The notes beneath the pieces were generated by a model. That model saw only the letters and a list, made by a program, of their open reading frames with translations, made no database searches and was not told the DNA's origin. A stretch of DNA of 64,000 nucleotides from Candidatus Borrarchaeum weybense. Its GTDB lineage: Archaea > Asgardarchaeota > Sifarchaeia > Borrarchaeales > Borrarchaeaceae. A program made the translations under genes and the position numbers. Below, piece after piece: positions 20,772 to 31,638 of this stretch. The DNA lies in the NCBI GenBank assembly GCA_019057385.1, contig JAHQJS010000007.1:256001-320000 (forward strand), given 5' to 3'. Each line of letters starts with the position of its first letter. The stretch's first letter is position 1.

Positions 20772-21929
20772 ATGACTATATCTTCAGATGAACTTTCTAT
20801 TAATGAACAAGAAATCATTAAGTTAGCCCAAGAGTTAGTAAAAATCCCAAGCGAAAATCAACCTGGTAATGAAAAAGCAATCGGAGAATACATAGCTACT
20901 TGGCTAAAAAATAAGGGTCTTCCTGCTCAATTACAAGAAGTTGAAAAAGATCGTTTTAATGTCATAAGTTCGATTAAAGGAGAAGGACCTGCACTACTTT
21001 TATGCGGACATATGGACACGGTTCCAGTCCCAAATCCCGCAGAATGGACATATGATCCTTTTGCAGGGGAAATAAAAGACGGATATCTCTTTGGTCGCGG
21101 TTCATTAGATATGAAAGGAAGTTTAGCTTGCATGCTCACGGCATTTGTTGCTCTTAAGGAAGTCGAAGAAGAACTTTCCTCAGATGTTGTCTTTTTAGCG
21201 ACCGTAGACGAAGAAATTGCAACAAAAGGCGCAAAAAAGGCAATGGAGGCTTCTGATATCAGAAGAGTAAAGCATGGCATTATCGCTGAGCCTACTGACC
21301 TTAACCCTGTAATAGTTCAAAAGGGTCACTGTTGGCTAAAGATAAAAACACGTGGTGTTGCTGCTCATGGTGCAATTCCTGAACGTGGCGTGAATGCAAT
21401 AATGAACATGTATCCTGTTCTTTCACGAATTCAGGAGTTGGATTTCGGCAAGGGTGACCACCCACTCGTTAGTGGAACAACAGTCAATATTGGATTAATA
21501 AACGGAGGCGTCAAAATAAACATGGTGCCAGATTCGTGTGAAACATCTCTTGACTTCAGATTTCCCCCAGGAGTTGCTTCCGAATCTATCCTTGGTAAAA
21601 TAACCACACTTCTAGAAGAACTAAAAGCTGAAGACAAAGAATTAGATGCAAAGATTGAAGTAATTAAGTGTAGTGACCCTGTTGAAGTTGAAAGAGACGC
21701 ACCGATAGTAACGCTATTACTTAAGGCTATGGATAAGGTACTTGGAAGTCATAGTGAACCACTTGGCGTGCCTTATTATACTGATGCATCCGCCTTAAGA
21801 GGCATTCCTATAGTGCTTTTAGGTCCAGGAGAGCCAGGATATGCTCATCAAAAAGATGAAAGAATTAAAATAAGCAGTATGCTGCCTGCTGCAAAGATTT
21901 ATGCGATGCTTCCTTTATTGCAAACCTAA
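20772..21929 (+). CDS. M20 family deacylase (ArgE/DapE-like)
   Basis: GHMDTVP, GRGSLDMKG, DEE, AEPT, AHQKDE. Confidence 0.92.
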   Translation: MTISSDELSINEQEIIKLAQELVKIPSENQPGNEKAIGEYIATWLKNKGLPAQLQEVEKDRFNVISSIKGEGPALLLCGHMDTVPVPNPAEWTYDPFAGEIKDGYLFGRGSLDMKGSLACMLTAFVALKEVEEELSSDVVFLATVDEEIATKGAKKAMEASDIRRVKHGIIAEPTDLNPVIVQKGHCWLKIKTRGVAAHGAIPERGVNAIMNMYPVLSRIQELDFGKGDHPLVSGTTVNIGLINGGVKINMVPDSCETSLDFRFPPGVASESILGKITTLLEELKAEDKELDAKIEVIKCSDPVEVERDAPIVTLLLKAMDKVLGSHSEPLGVPYYTDASALRGIPIVLLGPGEPGYAHQKDERIKISSMLPAAKIYAMLPLLQT

Positions 21930-21935
21930 TTTCAC

Positions 21936-24900
21936 TCACTTTTTTATGTTCACAAAATCTTCTTCTAAAACCTTATCCATCGTATCAACTAAGACATCCG
22001 CATTTTCTTTTGAAAACACAAGAGGAGGTTTAATCTTAATTGTGGAAGGCCATTTTTTAGGGCCATCTACACTTAACAAGATACCATGTTCTTTCATGCG
22101 TTCAACAACATAAGTAGCTTGTTTAGGTGCTGGTTCTAGGGTTTCTCGATTCAATACTAGTTCCACACCAATAAATAATCCCACCCCTCTAACATCTCCA
22201 ATGATACGGTGTTTATCCATGAGTTTTTTCAATCTATCCTTTAAATAATTGCCAACTATTAAGGCGTTTTCTTGCAATTGTTCATTTTTAATAACATCTA
22301 ATACTGCAAGTCCAACAGCACAGGAGACAGGGTTGCCCCCGAAAGTGTTGAACCATTCCATTCCCGTATTGAATGAGTTTACAATTTCAGGTGTGGTGAC
22401 AACAGCAGATAAAGGATGACCATTCCCCATAGGTTTACCCATTGTAACTATATCAGGAACCACGTTTTGAGTTTGAAATCCCCAAAAATGTGTTCCAACT
22501 CGACCAAAACCAACTTGAACTTCGTCTGCTATACAAACTCCACCTGCTTCCCTAATATGTCGGAATGCTTCTTGAAGATAATTGTTAGGAAACACCATTT
22601 GACCAGCACAGCTCATTATAGATTCACAAAGAAACGCAGCAACTCCTTTCCCTTCATTTTGGATTTTTTGGATCGTTTTCTTCACATCTTCTGCATACTT
22701 CTTCCCTGCATCAGCATCCTGCACTTTATATTCTCCACGATATACATCAGGTATGGTTACCTTATGAACATAAGGTGGGGGACCTTCGCCTCCAGGACCA
22801 TCGAATTTGTACGGGCTGATATCAATTAATGAACCTGTGTTTCCATGATATGCATGATCGATAACAATTAAATCGCGTTGTTTAGTATGAGTTCGTGCTA
22901 ATCGCAGGGCGAGCTCATTTGCTTCACTTCCACTATTAACGAAAAAACAAACACTTAATGGTTCTGGTAAGGTCTCACAGATACGTTGAGCATATTTAAT
23001 AAGATTATCATGTAAATAACGAGTATTGGTATTTAGGACAGCTGCTTGCTGTTTTAACGCTTTTACTACAGTTGGATGGCAATGACCGACATGGCAAACA
23101 TTATTTACGCAATCTAGATATGGTCGACCAGACTGATTGTAAAGGTATTGTTTATAGCCTCTAACAATTTTGAGAGGCTTTTTATACGAAATGCTAAGTG
23201 AAGGGGCTATCATTTGCTCCCTAAAATTGAGAATCTCATCTTTAGTCAAAGTTTCTTCTGGAAAAGACTCCTCTGGAATCTTTAGAATCAGATTTGGATC
23301 AGGGCAAATACTTAGCCAAATATCTCTTTGACTTTCGGATATCACGCCAGGAAAGTCTCCTTTTCTCCCTAACATATCTGTTATCACTTGAAAATGTAAA
23401 TGTGGTGGCCATCCTCCATTATGCTCAATAGATCCAACGTGTGCGAGTAGTTCCCCTTTCTTGATAATCATTCCTTTTTCAATATCATTCAACGATTCTG
23501 GGCTCAAATGTCCATATAGAGTAAAAAATTTTAAATTTCCTTCATTTATTTCATGCTCTAAGATAATAGTAGGACCGTAATCAAGAGACCCTTCATTATT
23601 TTGAAAACTATGTATTCTACCCTCCAACGGCGCATATATTGACGAATTAGGTTTCAGAAAGAGATCAACACCAAGGTGGATTGTCCGATAATCAACCCCT
23701 TCATCGCTTTCTGATCTAAATAATTCTTCTGTATAAATATCCCGTGCTTCATTATATTGACCAATGCCAACTTCTGCATTAGAACTCTTCATTTTATTGA
23801 AAAGTAATTCCTTAAGTGCACCTTTGTCCGTAAAATCGAATAAATCACTTAATTCAAGGCTCCCTACACTGAGATCAAATACAATGTGAGGAATGCTAGT
23901 AAAGTTGCTTCCAAGTATTGATCCAAATTCTTTACGATGTAATTTAATCCAGTCAACAATCTCTTTACTTTGAGGACAAGGATTCATTTTACAAGCATAG
24001 CGGAAAACGTAATTAGAAAATCTAGGATGAACGTCTTTAAGTAACTTTAAAGTCTCCCACGCTGGTTTTTCAGAGACTTTGAGGTATTTATTTTCTGGTT
24101 CAATTTTCTGCTGGTATGCTGCGATACTAACACTCATACAGAGTCTTGTACATATCAAATTAAAGAGCAACTCTAATTCAAGTTCATTTAATGGATAGAC
24201 TGAATGATAACCATTAATAACATGTGCTGCTTCTTTGATTGGATTTTTTTTCCCCAAAATAGCATAGGTTGTTGCTACAGCGAGTTCAAATATAGTATGG
24301 CTATAAACCATATCTCCAAAATCTATAATTCCAAATTGGTATTGATTGGGTGATTTTCCTCGATTAACAATCACATTGTAATCATTAAAGTCATTATGTA
24401 TTACACTAGTTCTTAAATTTGATAAATTGGGAAGCACATTTATTTTGTATTCATTAAGGAAATGCTCTACTATCAGGCGCTTTTCTAGATCAGAGATGTG
24501 TTCTTTGTATTTATTTATAATGTTATAAGCAAGTTTTAAATCCCAATAAAGCTTGCGATTGGCTGCTGTATGATTGAATGATTCAAGAAGCTTCGAAGTT
24601 TCACCCACAAAACGACCAAAATCATAAAGTAACTCTTTATTATGAGGATTAACTTTTGCAAAAACCTTTCCAGGAATAAAAGTCACTAATCTTACGAAAT
24701 GAGATGTCTCATCATCCTTTTGATAAACTGCAATTAACTCACTTGATTTCGTAAGTGATACTCGCGGATAATTTCCAGAATCATCAGGACTAGTTAAATG
24801 CAGCATAGCTTTGTTTTGTAAATCAAGTATCTCCTCTTTCTCGAATTTATTAGCAATTTTGAAGACGTATTTTTTATCCTCTTCAGTTACTACAAGAAAA

Positions 24901-25016
24901 TTCTGATCACGTTCACTCGGAAGTTCCTGAATTAATCCTGTTATACCGTATAATTCATTTATCAATTTCAGAACTTCTGAATCGGATAAACTGGGACGTT
25001 TTGGTTTACTTAACAA
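21936..25016 (-). CDS. Fusion of an APH-like kinase, an M23-like domain and a class III aminotransferase/phospho-lyase
   Basis: IHNDFNDYN and IIDFGD (kinase); HLGVD and PHLHFQ (M23); DEVQVGFGR and TMGKPMGNG (class III). Confidence 0.88.
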   Translation of the reverse strand: MLSKPKRPSLSDSEVLKLINELYGITGLIQELPSERDQNFLVVTEEDKKYVFKIANKFEKEEILDLQNKAMLHLTSPDDSGNYPRVSLTKSSELIAVYQKDDETSHFVRLVTFIPGKVFAKVNPHNKELLYDFGRFVGETSKLLESFNHTAANRKLYWDLKLAYNIINKYKEHISDLEKRLIVEHFLNEYKINVLPNLSNLRTSVIHNDFNDYNVIVNRGKSPNQYQFGIIDFGDMVYSHTIFELAVATTYAILGKKNPIKEAAHVINGYHSVYPLNELELELLFNLICTRLCMSVSIAAYQQKIEPENKYLKVSEKPAWETLKLLKDVHPRFSNYVFRYACKMNPCPQSKEIVDWIKLHRKEFGSILGSNFTSIPHIVFDLSVGSLELSDLFDFTDKGALKELLFNKMKSSNAEVGIGQYNEARDIYTEELFRSESDEGVDYRTIHLGVDLFLKPNSSIYAPLEGRIHSFQNNEGSLDYGPTIILEHEINEGNLKFFTLYGHLSPESLNDIEKGMIIKKGELLAHVGSIEHNGGWPPHLHFQVITDMLGRKGDFPGVISESQRDIWLSICPDPNLILKIPEESFPEETLTKDEILNFREQMIAPSLSISYKKPLKIVRGYKQYLYNQSGRPYLDCVNNVCHVGHCHPTVVKALKQQAAVLNTNTRYLHDNLIKYAQRICETLPEPLSVCFFVNSGSEANELALRLARTHTKQRDLIVIDHAYHGNTGSLIDISPYKFDGPGGEGPPPYVHKVTIPDVYRGEYKVQDADAGKKYAEDVKKTIQKIQNEGKGVAAFLCESIMSCAGQMVFPNNYLQEAFRHIREAGGVCIADEVQVGFGRVGTHFWGFQTQNVVPDIVTMGKPMGNGHPLSAVVTTPEIVNSFNTGMEWFNTFGGNPVSCAVGLAVLDVIKNEQLQENALIVGNYLKDRLKKLMDKHRIIGDVRGVGLFIGVELVLNRETLEPAPKQATYVVERMKEHGILLSVDGPKKWPSTIKIKPPLVFSKENADVLVDTMDKVLEEDFVNIKK

Positions 25017-25193
25017 AATAAAACCTCCAACAAGATCGATATAGTGGTCTAAGTTATGTAATAAGTATTATGTAGTGGAGAGGTTAAGTTTGGATTTTGT
25101 CTGGTCTAACTATAGAACAATGCTAAATAGCGAAAAGACTGAAACACTCTGGAATAATTTTTTAGATAAGTTAGAACCAAAAAAAAAGAGGGA

Positions 25194-25856
25194 TTACGGA
25201 TCTTTCCTTTTCTGATAAAGCTTGATATTGTAGGAAACCAGTGTTGCGACAGAAGCAAAAGCGATTAGGATTGTGCCAAGACAGAATCTTCTTCCTGTCC
25301 TTTCAGTTAGATCTGCATTGGTATATATTAAGTGAAAATAAAGTGTATCGGATTCACCAAAAGTATGCTTAAAAAGGATTCCTGTATCGTAGTCCCACCA
25401 GTATTTGTAGACTGTACCATATTCAGTAATTTCAAGATATGCTGCTTTGTAATTGACCCCCTCATACTTGTGAGTCTTTATTGTGACGTCGTCATTCGAT
25501 TGTATTAAAGACACTGGGTAAATAAAAGGCCAAAGTTCAGAAGAATCCATATAGGTTACTTCATCAATGATAGTTTCGGTAGTACCATCATTTTTTTCAC
25601 CAACCCTTGTATGATCAACCTTCAAGTCATCCGCCCGAATCTCAAGAATCTTAAATTCATCGGAAACGCTTGGATAGAGTACCATTGGGGATGGTGGTGA
25701 AGTATCCCAACGAATTTCGTCATTTACTTTAAGATTTCCCCAGTCAGTATCAGCAACAGAATTTGACGCTGTGCTACTTACAAGAACAATTAGGAAAACT
25801 CCGATTATACTTATGAGATATTTTTTCTGCAATATTCTCATAGAAGTCCCCCTCAC
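25194..25856 (-). CDS. Secreted or membrane-anchored hypothetical protein
   Basis: N-terminal signal peptide, WDYDTGIL motif, C-terminal TM with a basic tail. Confidence 0.7.
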   Translation of the reverse strand: MRGTSMRILQKKYLISIIGVFLIVLVSSTASNSVADTDWGNLKVNDEIRWDTSPPSPMVLYPSVSDEFKILEIRADDLKVDHTRVGEKNDGTTETIIDEVTYMDSSELWPFIYPVSLIQSNDDVTIKTHKYEGVNYKAAYLEITEYGTVYKYWWDYDTGILFKHTFGESDTLYFHLIYTNADLTERTGRRFCLGTILIAFASVATLVSYNIKLYQKRKDP

Positions 25857-26049
25857 TGTTTAAAAAAACTCTAATTGGAAATTATATTGATATTATGCCT
25901 TTTTTAATATAAAAATGTACATAGCATCAGTATCAAAATGCTTCAATTAGACATAAAGATTCTAATTCAATGACCTCTAACGGAAGTATCAATAAGGCAG
26001 GATGGTTCACTATTCTTAAATAGAACAATAGGAATAACTTTGGATAAGT

Positions 26050-26862
26050 TTGCCTGAAACACCGAGCGTGATTTGGATGCTAATCATTCTTTCAGGATTG
26101 CCAAGTTCTGGGAAATCAACATTAGTAAATGAAATAGCAAAAATTCTAGAACTCGACCTTTCGATAAAGACCATAATGATTGAATCAGACGGGATTAGAA
26201 ATATGATCCCCTCATATCGAGAACAACGTTTTAACCCAGATCATGAACCTGTTGTAAGAGCAGCAATGTTTGAACTAATTAAGCATTTTCTAGAGCAAGA
26301 TTATATTGTGATTAACGATGACATGAATTACTATAAATCTATGAGACATGATCTAAGGGAAATTGCTTTAGAAATGAACGTTCCTTTTGCAATATTATAT
26401 GTTTCTACTCCAAGAGAAGTAGCATTATCTTGGAATGAAAAACGCGGTCTTCCAATACCTCAAGAAGTTATTGAAGATGCCTTCAACAAATTCGATATTC
26501 CTGGTAAAGATTATGAGTGGGATAGACCATTATTAGCAGTTGATTTAAGTGTTGTCAATCCTAAGACTGCAGCTAAAGAAGCAGTTAATCTTGTTAGAGA
26601 TCTTTTATTAAAACCAAGTATAAGAGAAGCAAAAACTGTTGTAGAGCCATCGGATGAAGAAAAGCAGAAAGAAGCTATCGACCAACTTACCAGAAAAATA
26701 ATATCAGAAACAATAGTTTATAAAAAGAATGAGGAACTTGCAAAAAACTTGAGCGAAGTTCGAAGAGAGTTCGTAAAGAATGCAATAAAAAACAAACTGA
26801 CCTTAGATGAAGTGAATGTAAAATTTAAAGAATTAGTCGATAAGGCTGTACAAAATATTTGA
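26050..26862 (+). CDS. pstK: O-phosphoseryl-tRNA(Sec) kinase (PSTK/Kti12-like)
   Basis: GLPSSGKST, DDMNYYKSMR and YEWDRP; adjacent to selB; the start may be ATG about 27 nt downstream. Confidence 0.85.
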   Translation: MPETPSVIWMLIILSGLPSSGKSTLVNEIAKILELDLSIKTIMIESDGIRNMIPSYREQRFNPDHEPVVRAAMFELIKHFLEQDYIVINDDMNYYKSMRHDLREIALEMNVPFAILYVSTPREVALSWNEKRGLPIPQEVIEDAFNKFDIPGKDYEWDRPLLAVDLSVVNPKTAAKEAVNLVRDLLLKPSIREAKTVVEPSDEEKQKEAIDQLTRKIISETIVYKKNEELAKNLSEVRREFVKNAIKNKLTLDEVNVKFKELVDKAVQNI

Positions 26863-26900
26863 ATGAATAAGCAATCAGATCGGTAAATAGGGCGATTTTC

Positions 26901-28295
26901 TTGAGACTTATACCAGTTCATGTCGGACTTTTTGGACATATTGATCATGGTAAGACTGCCATAGCTCGTATTCTCTCAGAAAAGATTTCCACTGCTGGCT
27001 TGGACAAACATCCACAGGCTCAAGAAAGAGGTATCTCAATAGATTTGGGATTTACAGCTTTTAATCTAGATCCGTATCGAGTGACATTAGTAGATGCACC
27101 AGGACATGCTGATCTAATTCGAAGTGTAGTTGCAGGTGCGAACATTATAGATGCTGCAATGCTTGTAATTGCAGCTGATGAAGGACCAAAACCGCAAACA
27201 GGGGAACATATCCTAATTTTGGACAGTTTTAGTATCTCAAAAGCACTTATTATTATAAACAAAATTGATCTTGTTGAGAAATCACGTGTTAACGCCGTTG
27301 AAAGATCAATTAAGGCTCTTCTAAAAGGAACAATACTAGAGAATTCACCTATAGTTGGTGTTTCTGCTAAAACAGGAGAAGGTACTAAAAGCATTAAAGA
27401 AGCGTTACTCGAACTTCTTAAAAAACCTGTTCGAGAAGTTAAGGGACCATTCAAAATGCCGATTGACCATGCATTTCATATTAAAGGTGCCGGTACAGTT
27501 ATGACCGGAACGGTTCATCGCGGAACAATAAATATTGGTGAAGTAGCTGAAATAATGCCCTTGGAAATTCAAGGAAAAATAAAATCAATTCAGACATTTG
27601 GCGAAAACCTGCAAAGTGCAGTTGCTGGAGATCGAGTTGGGATAGCAATTCCAGGTGTCCAGGCCAGAGTAATTTACCGAGGTTGCTATTTATGTTCACC
27701 GGGTTCTCTGTCATCGACAGATACAATTTTAGCGCGATTAAAAGTTAACAAATTCTTCAAATTCAACCTTTCTCCTCGTATGAATGTCCATTTAACGATT
27801 GGAACACCAACGGTTGCCGGGGTGATTTATCCTTTCCAAAAAGATGACGATTACAATGTAGTATTAGATCAAGTGAGTGCAAATCACGAGTTTTTTGCAT
27901 ACGTCATTCTTAATTCATTAATTGTCTCAGAATCAGGTGATCCTATTCTTATATCTCGACTAGATCTTCCTCCTACTAACTTACGAATTGCAGCTAGTGG
28001 AAAAGTCATTAATGCGAATCCAAGTGATTTTTCATTATATCAGCTTTCAATTAAGGAAGGAAATATTCGTATTCAGTCTCACAAAGAAGAAGTTATTATT
28101 GATAATTTAGCGCGTTCGCAGTTTGGGGCAAAGAATCTCATCGGTAAACAAGTCGAAACCATAACAGGACGATCAGGAAGGATCATATCATCCTTTGGAG
28201 GAAAAGGTGCTGTAATAGCAAAATTTAGTGAAAGACCGAATGAAAGTGCAATTGTGTATCTTAAAAAATATAAAAGGTATAAATTAGGGACATAA
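26901..28295 (+). CDS. selB: Selenocysteine-specific elongation factor, archaeal/eukaryote type
   Basis: GHIDHGKT, ERGISIDLGF, DAPGH and NKID; C-terminal domain IV (RIISSFGGKG) without bacterial wHTH repeats. Confidence 0.92.
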   Translation: MRLIPVHVGLFGHIDHGKTAIARILSEKISTAGLDKHPQAQERGISIDLGFTAFNLDPYRVTLVDAPGHADLIRSVVAGANIIDAAMLVIAADEGPKPQTGEHILILDSFSISKALIIINKIDLVEKSRVNAVERSIKALLKGTILENSPIVGVSAKTGEGTKSIKEALLELLKKPVREVKGPFKMPIDHAFHIKGAGTVMTGTVHRGTINIGEVAEIMPLEIQGKIKSIQTFGENLQSAVAGDRVGIAIPGVQARVIYRGCYLCSPGSLSSTDTILARLKVNKFFKFNLSPRMNVHLTIGTPTVAGVIYPFQKDDDYNVVLDQVSANHEFFAYVILNSLIVSESGDPILISRLDLPPTNLRIAASGKVINANPSDFSLYQLSIKEGNIRIQSHKEEVIIDNLARSQFGAKNLIGKQVETITGRSGRIISSFGGKGAVIAKFSERPNESAIVYLKKYKRYKLGT

Positions 28296-28354
28296 TTTGA
28301 TACTTAAAAAAACAGTGGTGGTCGTCTTATACAAGAAAAAACGCTAATGAATGT

Positions 28355-28384
28355 TTACCATGGAAAAGGTATACCTGGATCCAT
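28355..28384 (-). CDS. 9-aa micropeptide MDPGIPFPW (family member 2)
   Basis: Minus strand: AGGAGG, 8 nt, then ATG GAT CCA GGT ATA CCT TTT CCA TGG TAA. Confidence 0.75.
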   Translation of the reverse strand: MDPGIPFPW

Positions 28385-28590
28385 TAAGTCATCCTCCTAC
28401 ATATTTTAGCATTTTTATTAAACTTGGAGGGTGGTTTCAAGCAAAACTTATTAAGACCACGCAATTTAGAGACAGATATTTGCTTAAAAAAGAAAATCTT
28501 GTTTCTTTAAAACCAACTAATTATAATAGAGACATCAGTGAAAGTATTAACTAACGAAAAACAACGATATGAACAAAGGAGCAATTTATC

Positions 28591-29853
28591 ATGTATATTA
28601 CAATTAAACTTCCTTATGGAGAATCCTTCTTAAAAACTAAAATACCAACTAAGAACTTAGTCTCTATCCTAAGCATGAAATCAATAAAAGGTCTTGTAAA
28701 CGAGAGAGAGGCTATAATAAATTGCCTGAGATCACCAATAGGGGGTTCCTCACTTCACGATTGTGTTAGCAAAAATGATAAAGTAGTGGTCTTAGTTACA
28801 GATAATACGCGACCGTGCCCAGATAACAGGTTACTTCCTCTAATATTGGCTGAATTAGAAGAAAAAGTATCACGTGAAAATATAACGATAATTGTTGCCG
28901 TTGGATTACATCCACCTTTAGATGAACAACAGTTAATTAAAAAACTAGGTAATGATATTATCAAAAGATATAATGTTGTCAATCATGATGTCAATCAATG
29001 TGTCCATATTGGCATGACATCCCGAGATACTCCAGTTGACATCAACAAAACAGTCGTAGAAGCTGATTTTCGAATTAGTACTGGATTTATCGAACCTCAT
29101 TGGTTTGCTGGTTTTTCCGGTGGTCGTAAAAGCATAGCACCCGGTGTGTTTAGTGTCAGATCAGCTTATAAAAACCATAGTTATAAAATGTTAGACCATC
29201 CAAATTCGGTAGCGGGAATTATAAACGGTAATATTGTTCATGAAGATTTAGTGGAGCAGGCGAGGATGGCTAATCTTAATTTCATAGTTAATGTGATTTT
29301 AAACAAGAATAAAGAAATTACGCATATATTCACTGGAGATCCTATCGAGGCTCATGAGAAAGGATGTGAGATCTCTAAAGATATTGTTGAGGTAAAAGTA
29401 GATCACAAGGTAGATATTACTATTACTTCTAATAACGGAGCCCCATTAGACTTGGATTTGTACCAAACTACCAAAGGTATAAATACTGCTTCTAAAATAA
29501 CCCGTGATGGAGGTATTGTGATTATCGCATCCTCTTGCAGCACAGGAAAAGGTCCAGAGGATTTTATCGATTTGCATGCTTCAGTTAATTCTCCTAAGGA
29601 AGTTCTACAGAAAATAAGACGGGAGGAACCTATTGGACTTCAATGGCAAAACCAAATTTTGGCTCGTGATCAATTAAAGCATGATATTTACCTTGTGTCA
29701 AATCTAGAAGACAATATTGTTAAATCTATGATGATGACACCAATCCGTACGATAGAAGAGGGTTTGGAAAAAGCAATCAAGGTTCTAGGAACTGATGCTG
29801 AAATCGCGGTGATCCCAGAAGGACCATTAGTTGTTCCAGCTCTGGAGAATTAA
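28591..29853 (+). CDS. larA: LarA-family nickel-pincer racemase/epimerase
   Basis: DNTRP, GLH, EPHWFAGFSGGRKSI, LYQTTKG, IPEGP. Confidence 0.88.
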   Translation: MYITIKLPYGESFLKTKIPTKNLVSILSMKSIKGLVNEREAIINCLRSPIGGSSLHDCVSKNDKVVVLVTDNTRPCPDNRLLPLILAELEEKVSRENITIIVAVGLHPPLDEQQLIKKLGNDIIKRYNVVNHDVNQCVHIGMTSRDTPVDINKTVVEADFRISTGFIEPHWFAGFSGGRKSIAPGVFSVRSAYKNHSYKMLDHPNSVAGIINGNIVHEDLVEQARMANLNFIVNVILNKNKEITHIFTGDPIEAHEKGCEISKDIVEVKVDHKVDITITSNNGAPLDLDLYQTTKGINTASKITRDGGIVIIASSCSTGKGPEDFIDLHASVNSPKEVLQKIRREEPIGLQWQNQILARDQLKHDIYLVSNLEDNIVKSMMMTPIRTIEEGLEKAIKVLGTDAEIAVIPEGPLVVPALEN

Positions 29854-29973
29854 GATAAGAAGGTTTTCTCATTAGCATATATAAATTCTTATTGATGCAA
29901 TGTTAACTCTTTGCTTTCATTATAGCAGTTTCATAATCTTTTTGAATCAATTTGATAATTTAATTTTGGAGGT

Positions 29974-31638
29974 ATGACACTGGACGACATAATTTCCACA
30001 GATGTTCTTGTAGTAGGCGCGGGAGGAGCAGGTATTCGTGCAGCACTGGAAGCTTCAAAGTATGCAGAAATAGACGTGACTCTGATTGCAAAAACGTTAC
30101 CTGGGAAAAGTGGCTGTACCGTCATGGCTGAAGGTGGTTACAATGCAGCACTATGCAATGTTGATTCGGCGGATAGTATCGAATCCCATTTTCAGGATAC
30201 GGTTTCGGGAGGATCTTACGTAAATAATGAACGACTCGTACGTATTTTGGTAGAAAATGCCCCTGCTCGTATTTTGGAGTTGGAAAATAACGGTGCATTG
30301 TTTTACAGAACTTCTGAGGGTAAAATCGATCAAAGAGCATTTGGTCGTCAAAGTTATAAAAGGACCTGTTACTCTGGTGATCGCACAGGCGGGGAAATTA
30401 TGGTTACCTTAGTGGATCTATTGCGATCAAGTAATGTTCGCTTTATTAGAGGTGCAGCTGTCGATCTCCTATTAGATGGAAATAAAGTAACTGGTGTAGC
30501 GGCTTTCAATCCAGAAGGCGCAAAGTTTTTCTTAATCCGATCTAAAACTGTCATACTGGCGACGGGCGGTGGCTGTCGGATATATAAAGTAACTACAAAC
30601 TCCTTTCAAGGTACTGGAGACGGATATGCTATCGGATACCGTGCTGGTGCTGAATTGATCGGTATGGAGTTTATTCAATTTCATCCGACAGGTATGGTTT
30701 TCCCAGACTCCGCCAAAGGTATTCTAGTGACGGAAGCAGTGCGTGCAGAAGGAGGTATTCTTTTGAACAACTTGGGTGAGCGGTTTATGGAGAAATATGC
30801 CCCCGACAGGATGGAATTAGCAGGAAGAGATGTTGTTGCTCGTGCTATCTATAGAGAAATTCGTGCTGGGCGGCATACACCTCATAATGGAGTTTATCTT
30901 TCTCTTCAAAACTTATCTCCTGATTTCATAGAAGAACGTCTTCCTCAGACTTTAGAACAGTTTAGAGACTTATCAGGGGTTGATATTACTAAGGAACAAA
31001 TGGAAGTTTCGCCGACAGCACATCATGTAATGGGTGGACTTCACATATCTGAAAAGACGGAAACAACTATAAAAGGACTCTTTGCAGCCGGAGAAGTAAC
31101 TGGAGGAATTCATGGAGCAAATAGATTGGGTGGAAACTCTCTTGCAGACCTTCAAGTTTTCGGATACATAGCTGGACATAATGCTGCCCAATATTCACTT
31201 GAATCATCACTGGGCAAAATACCTGATGAACAAATTACTCAAATTCATAAGGTGGTAATCTCCCCCCTGCAATCCAAGCAAGATGGAATGCGCCCTTCTC
31301 AAATCAGACATAACTTAGAGGAATTAATGTGGACAAAAGTTGGTATCCTTAGGAATAAGAAAAACTTAACACAGGCCTTAGAGAATATTCAAAGATTAAA
31401 ATCGATACCCATGAAAATAGTTAACCAAAACACCACATACGCTTATGAACAGCTTGAAGCTTTACAAGTTAGGAACATGCTAATAGTTGCAGAAATAGTA
31501 GTTAAGGCAGCCCTTTTCAGAGAAGAGAGTCGAGGTGCACATTTCCGAGAAGATTTTCCTGAAACACTCCCATCATGGAGGAAAAATATAATAATCTCGA
31601 AGGAAAACATTCATACAGTTCCTGTTGTGGTTTTGTAG
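29974..31638 (+). CDS. tfrA: Fumarate reductase flavoprotein (thiol:fumarate reductase subunit A)
   Basis: GAGGAG, SGCTVMAEGG (no covalent-FAD His), QFHPTG, HGANRLGGNSL, ESRGAH. Confidence 0.88.
   Translation: MTLDDIISTDVLVVGAGGAGIRAALEASKYAEIDVTLIAKTLPGKSGCTVMAEGGYNAALCNVDSADSIESHFQDTVSGGSYVNNERLVRILVENAPARILELENNGALFYRTSEGKIDQRAFGRQSYKRTCYSGDRTGGEIMVTLVDLLRSSNVRFIRGAAVDLLLDGNKVTGVAAFNPEGAKFFLIRSKTVILATGGGCRIYKVTTNSFQGTGDGYAIGYRAGAELIGMEFIQFHPTGMVFPDSAKGILVTEAVRAEGGILLNNLGERFMEKYAPDRMELAGRDVVARAIYREIRAGRHTPHNGVYLSLQNLSPDFIEERLPQTLEQFRDLSGVDITKEQMEVSPTAHHVMGGLHISEKTETTIKGLFAAGEVTGGIHGANRLGGNSLADLQVFGYIAGHNAAQYSLESSLGKIPDEQITQIHKVVISPLQSKQDGMRPSQIRHNLEELMWTKVGILRNKKNLTQALENIQRLKSIPMKIVNQNTTYAYEQLEALQVRNMLIVAEIVVKAALFREESRGAHFREDFPETLPSWRKNIIISKENIHTVPVVVL

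Noticed and set aside
28351-28554. 67-aa plus-strand ORF between selB and larA
   Set aside because: No SD or motif; it overlaps the minus-strand micropeptide gene and its promoter
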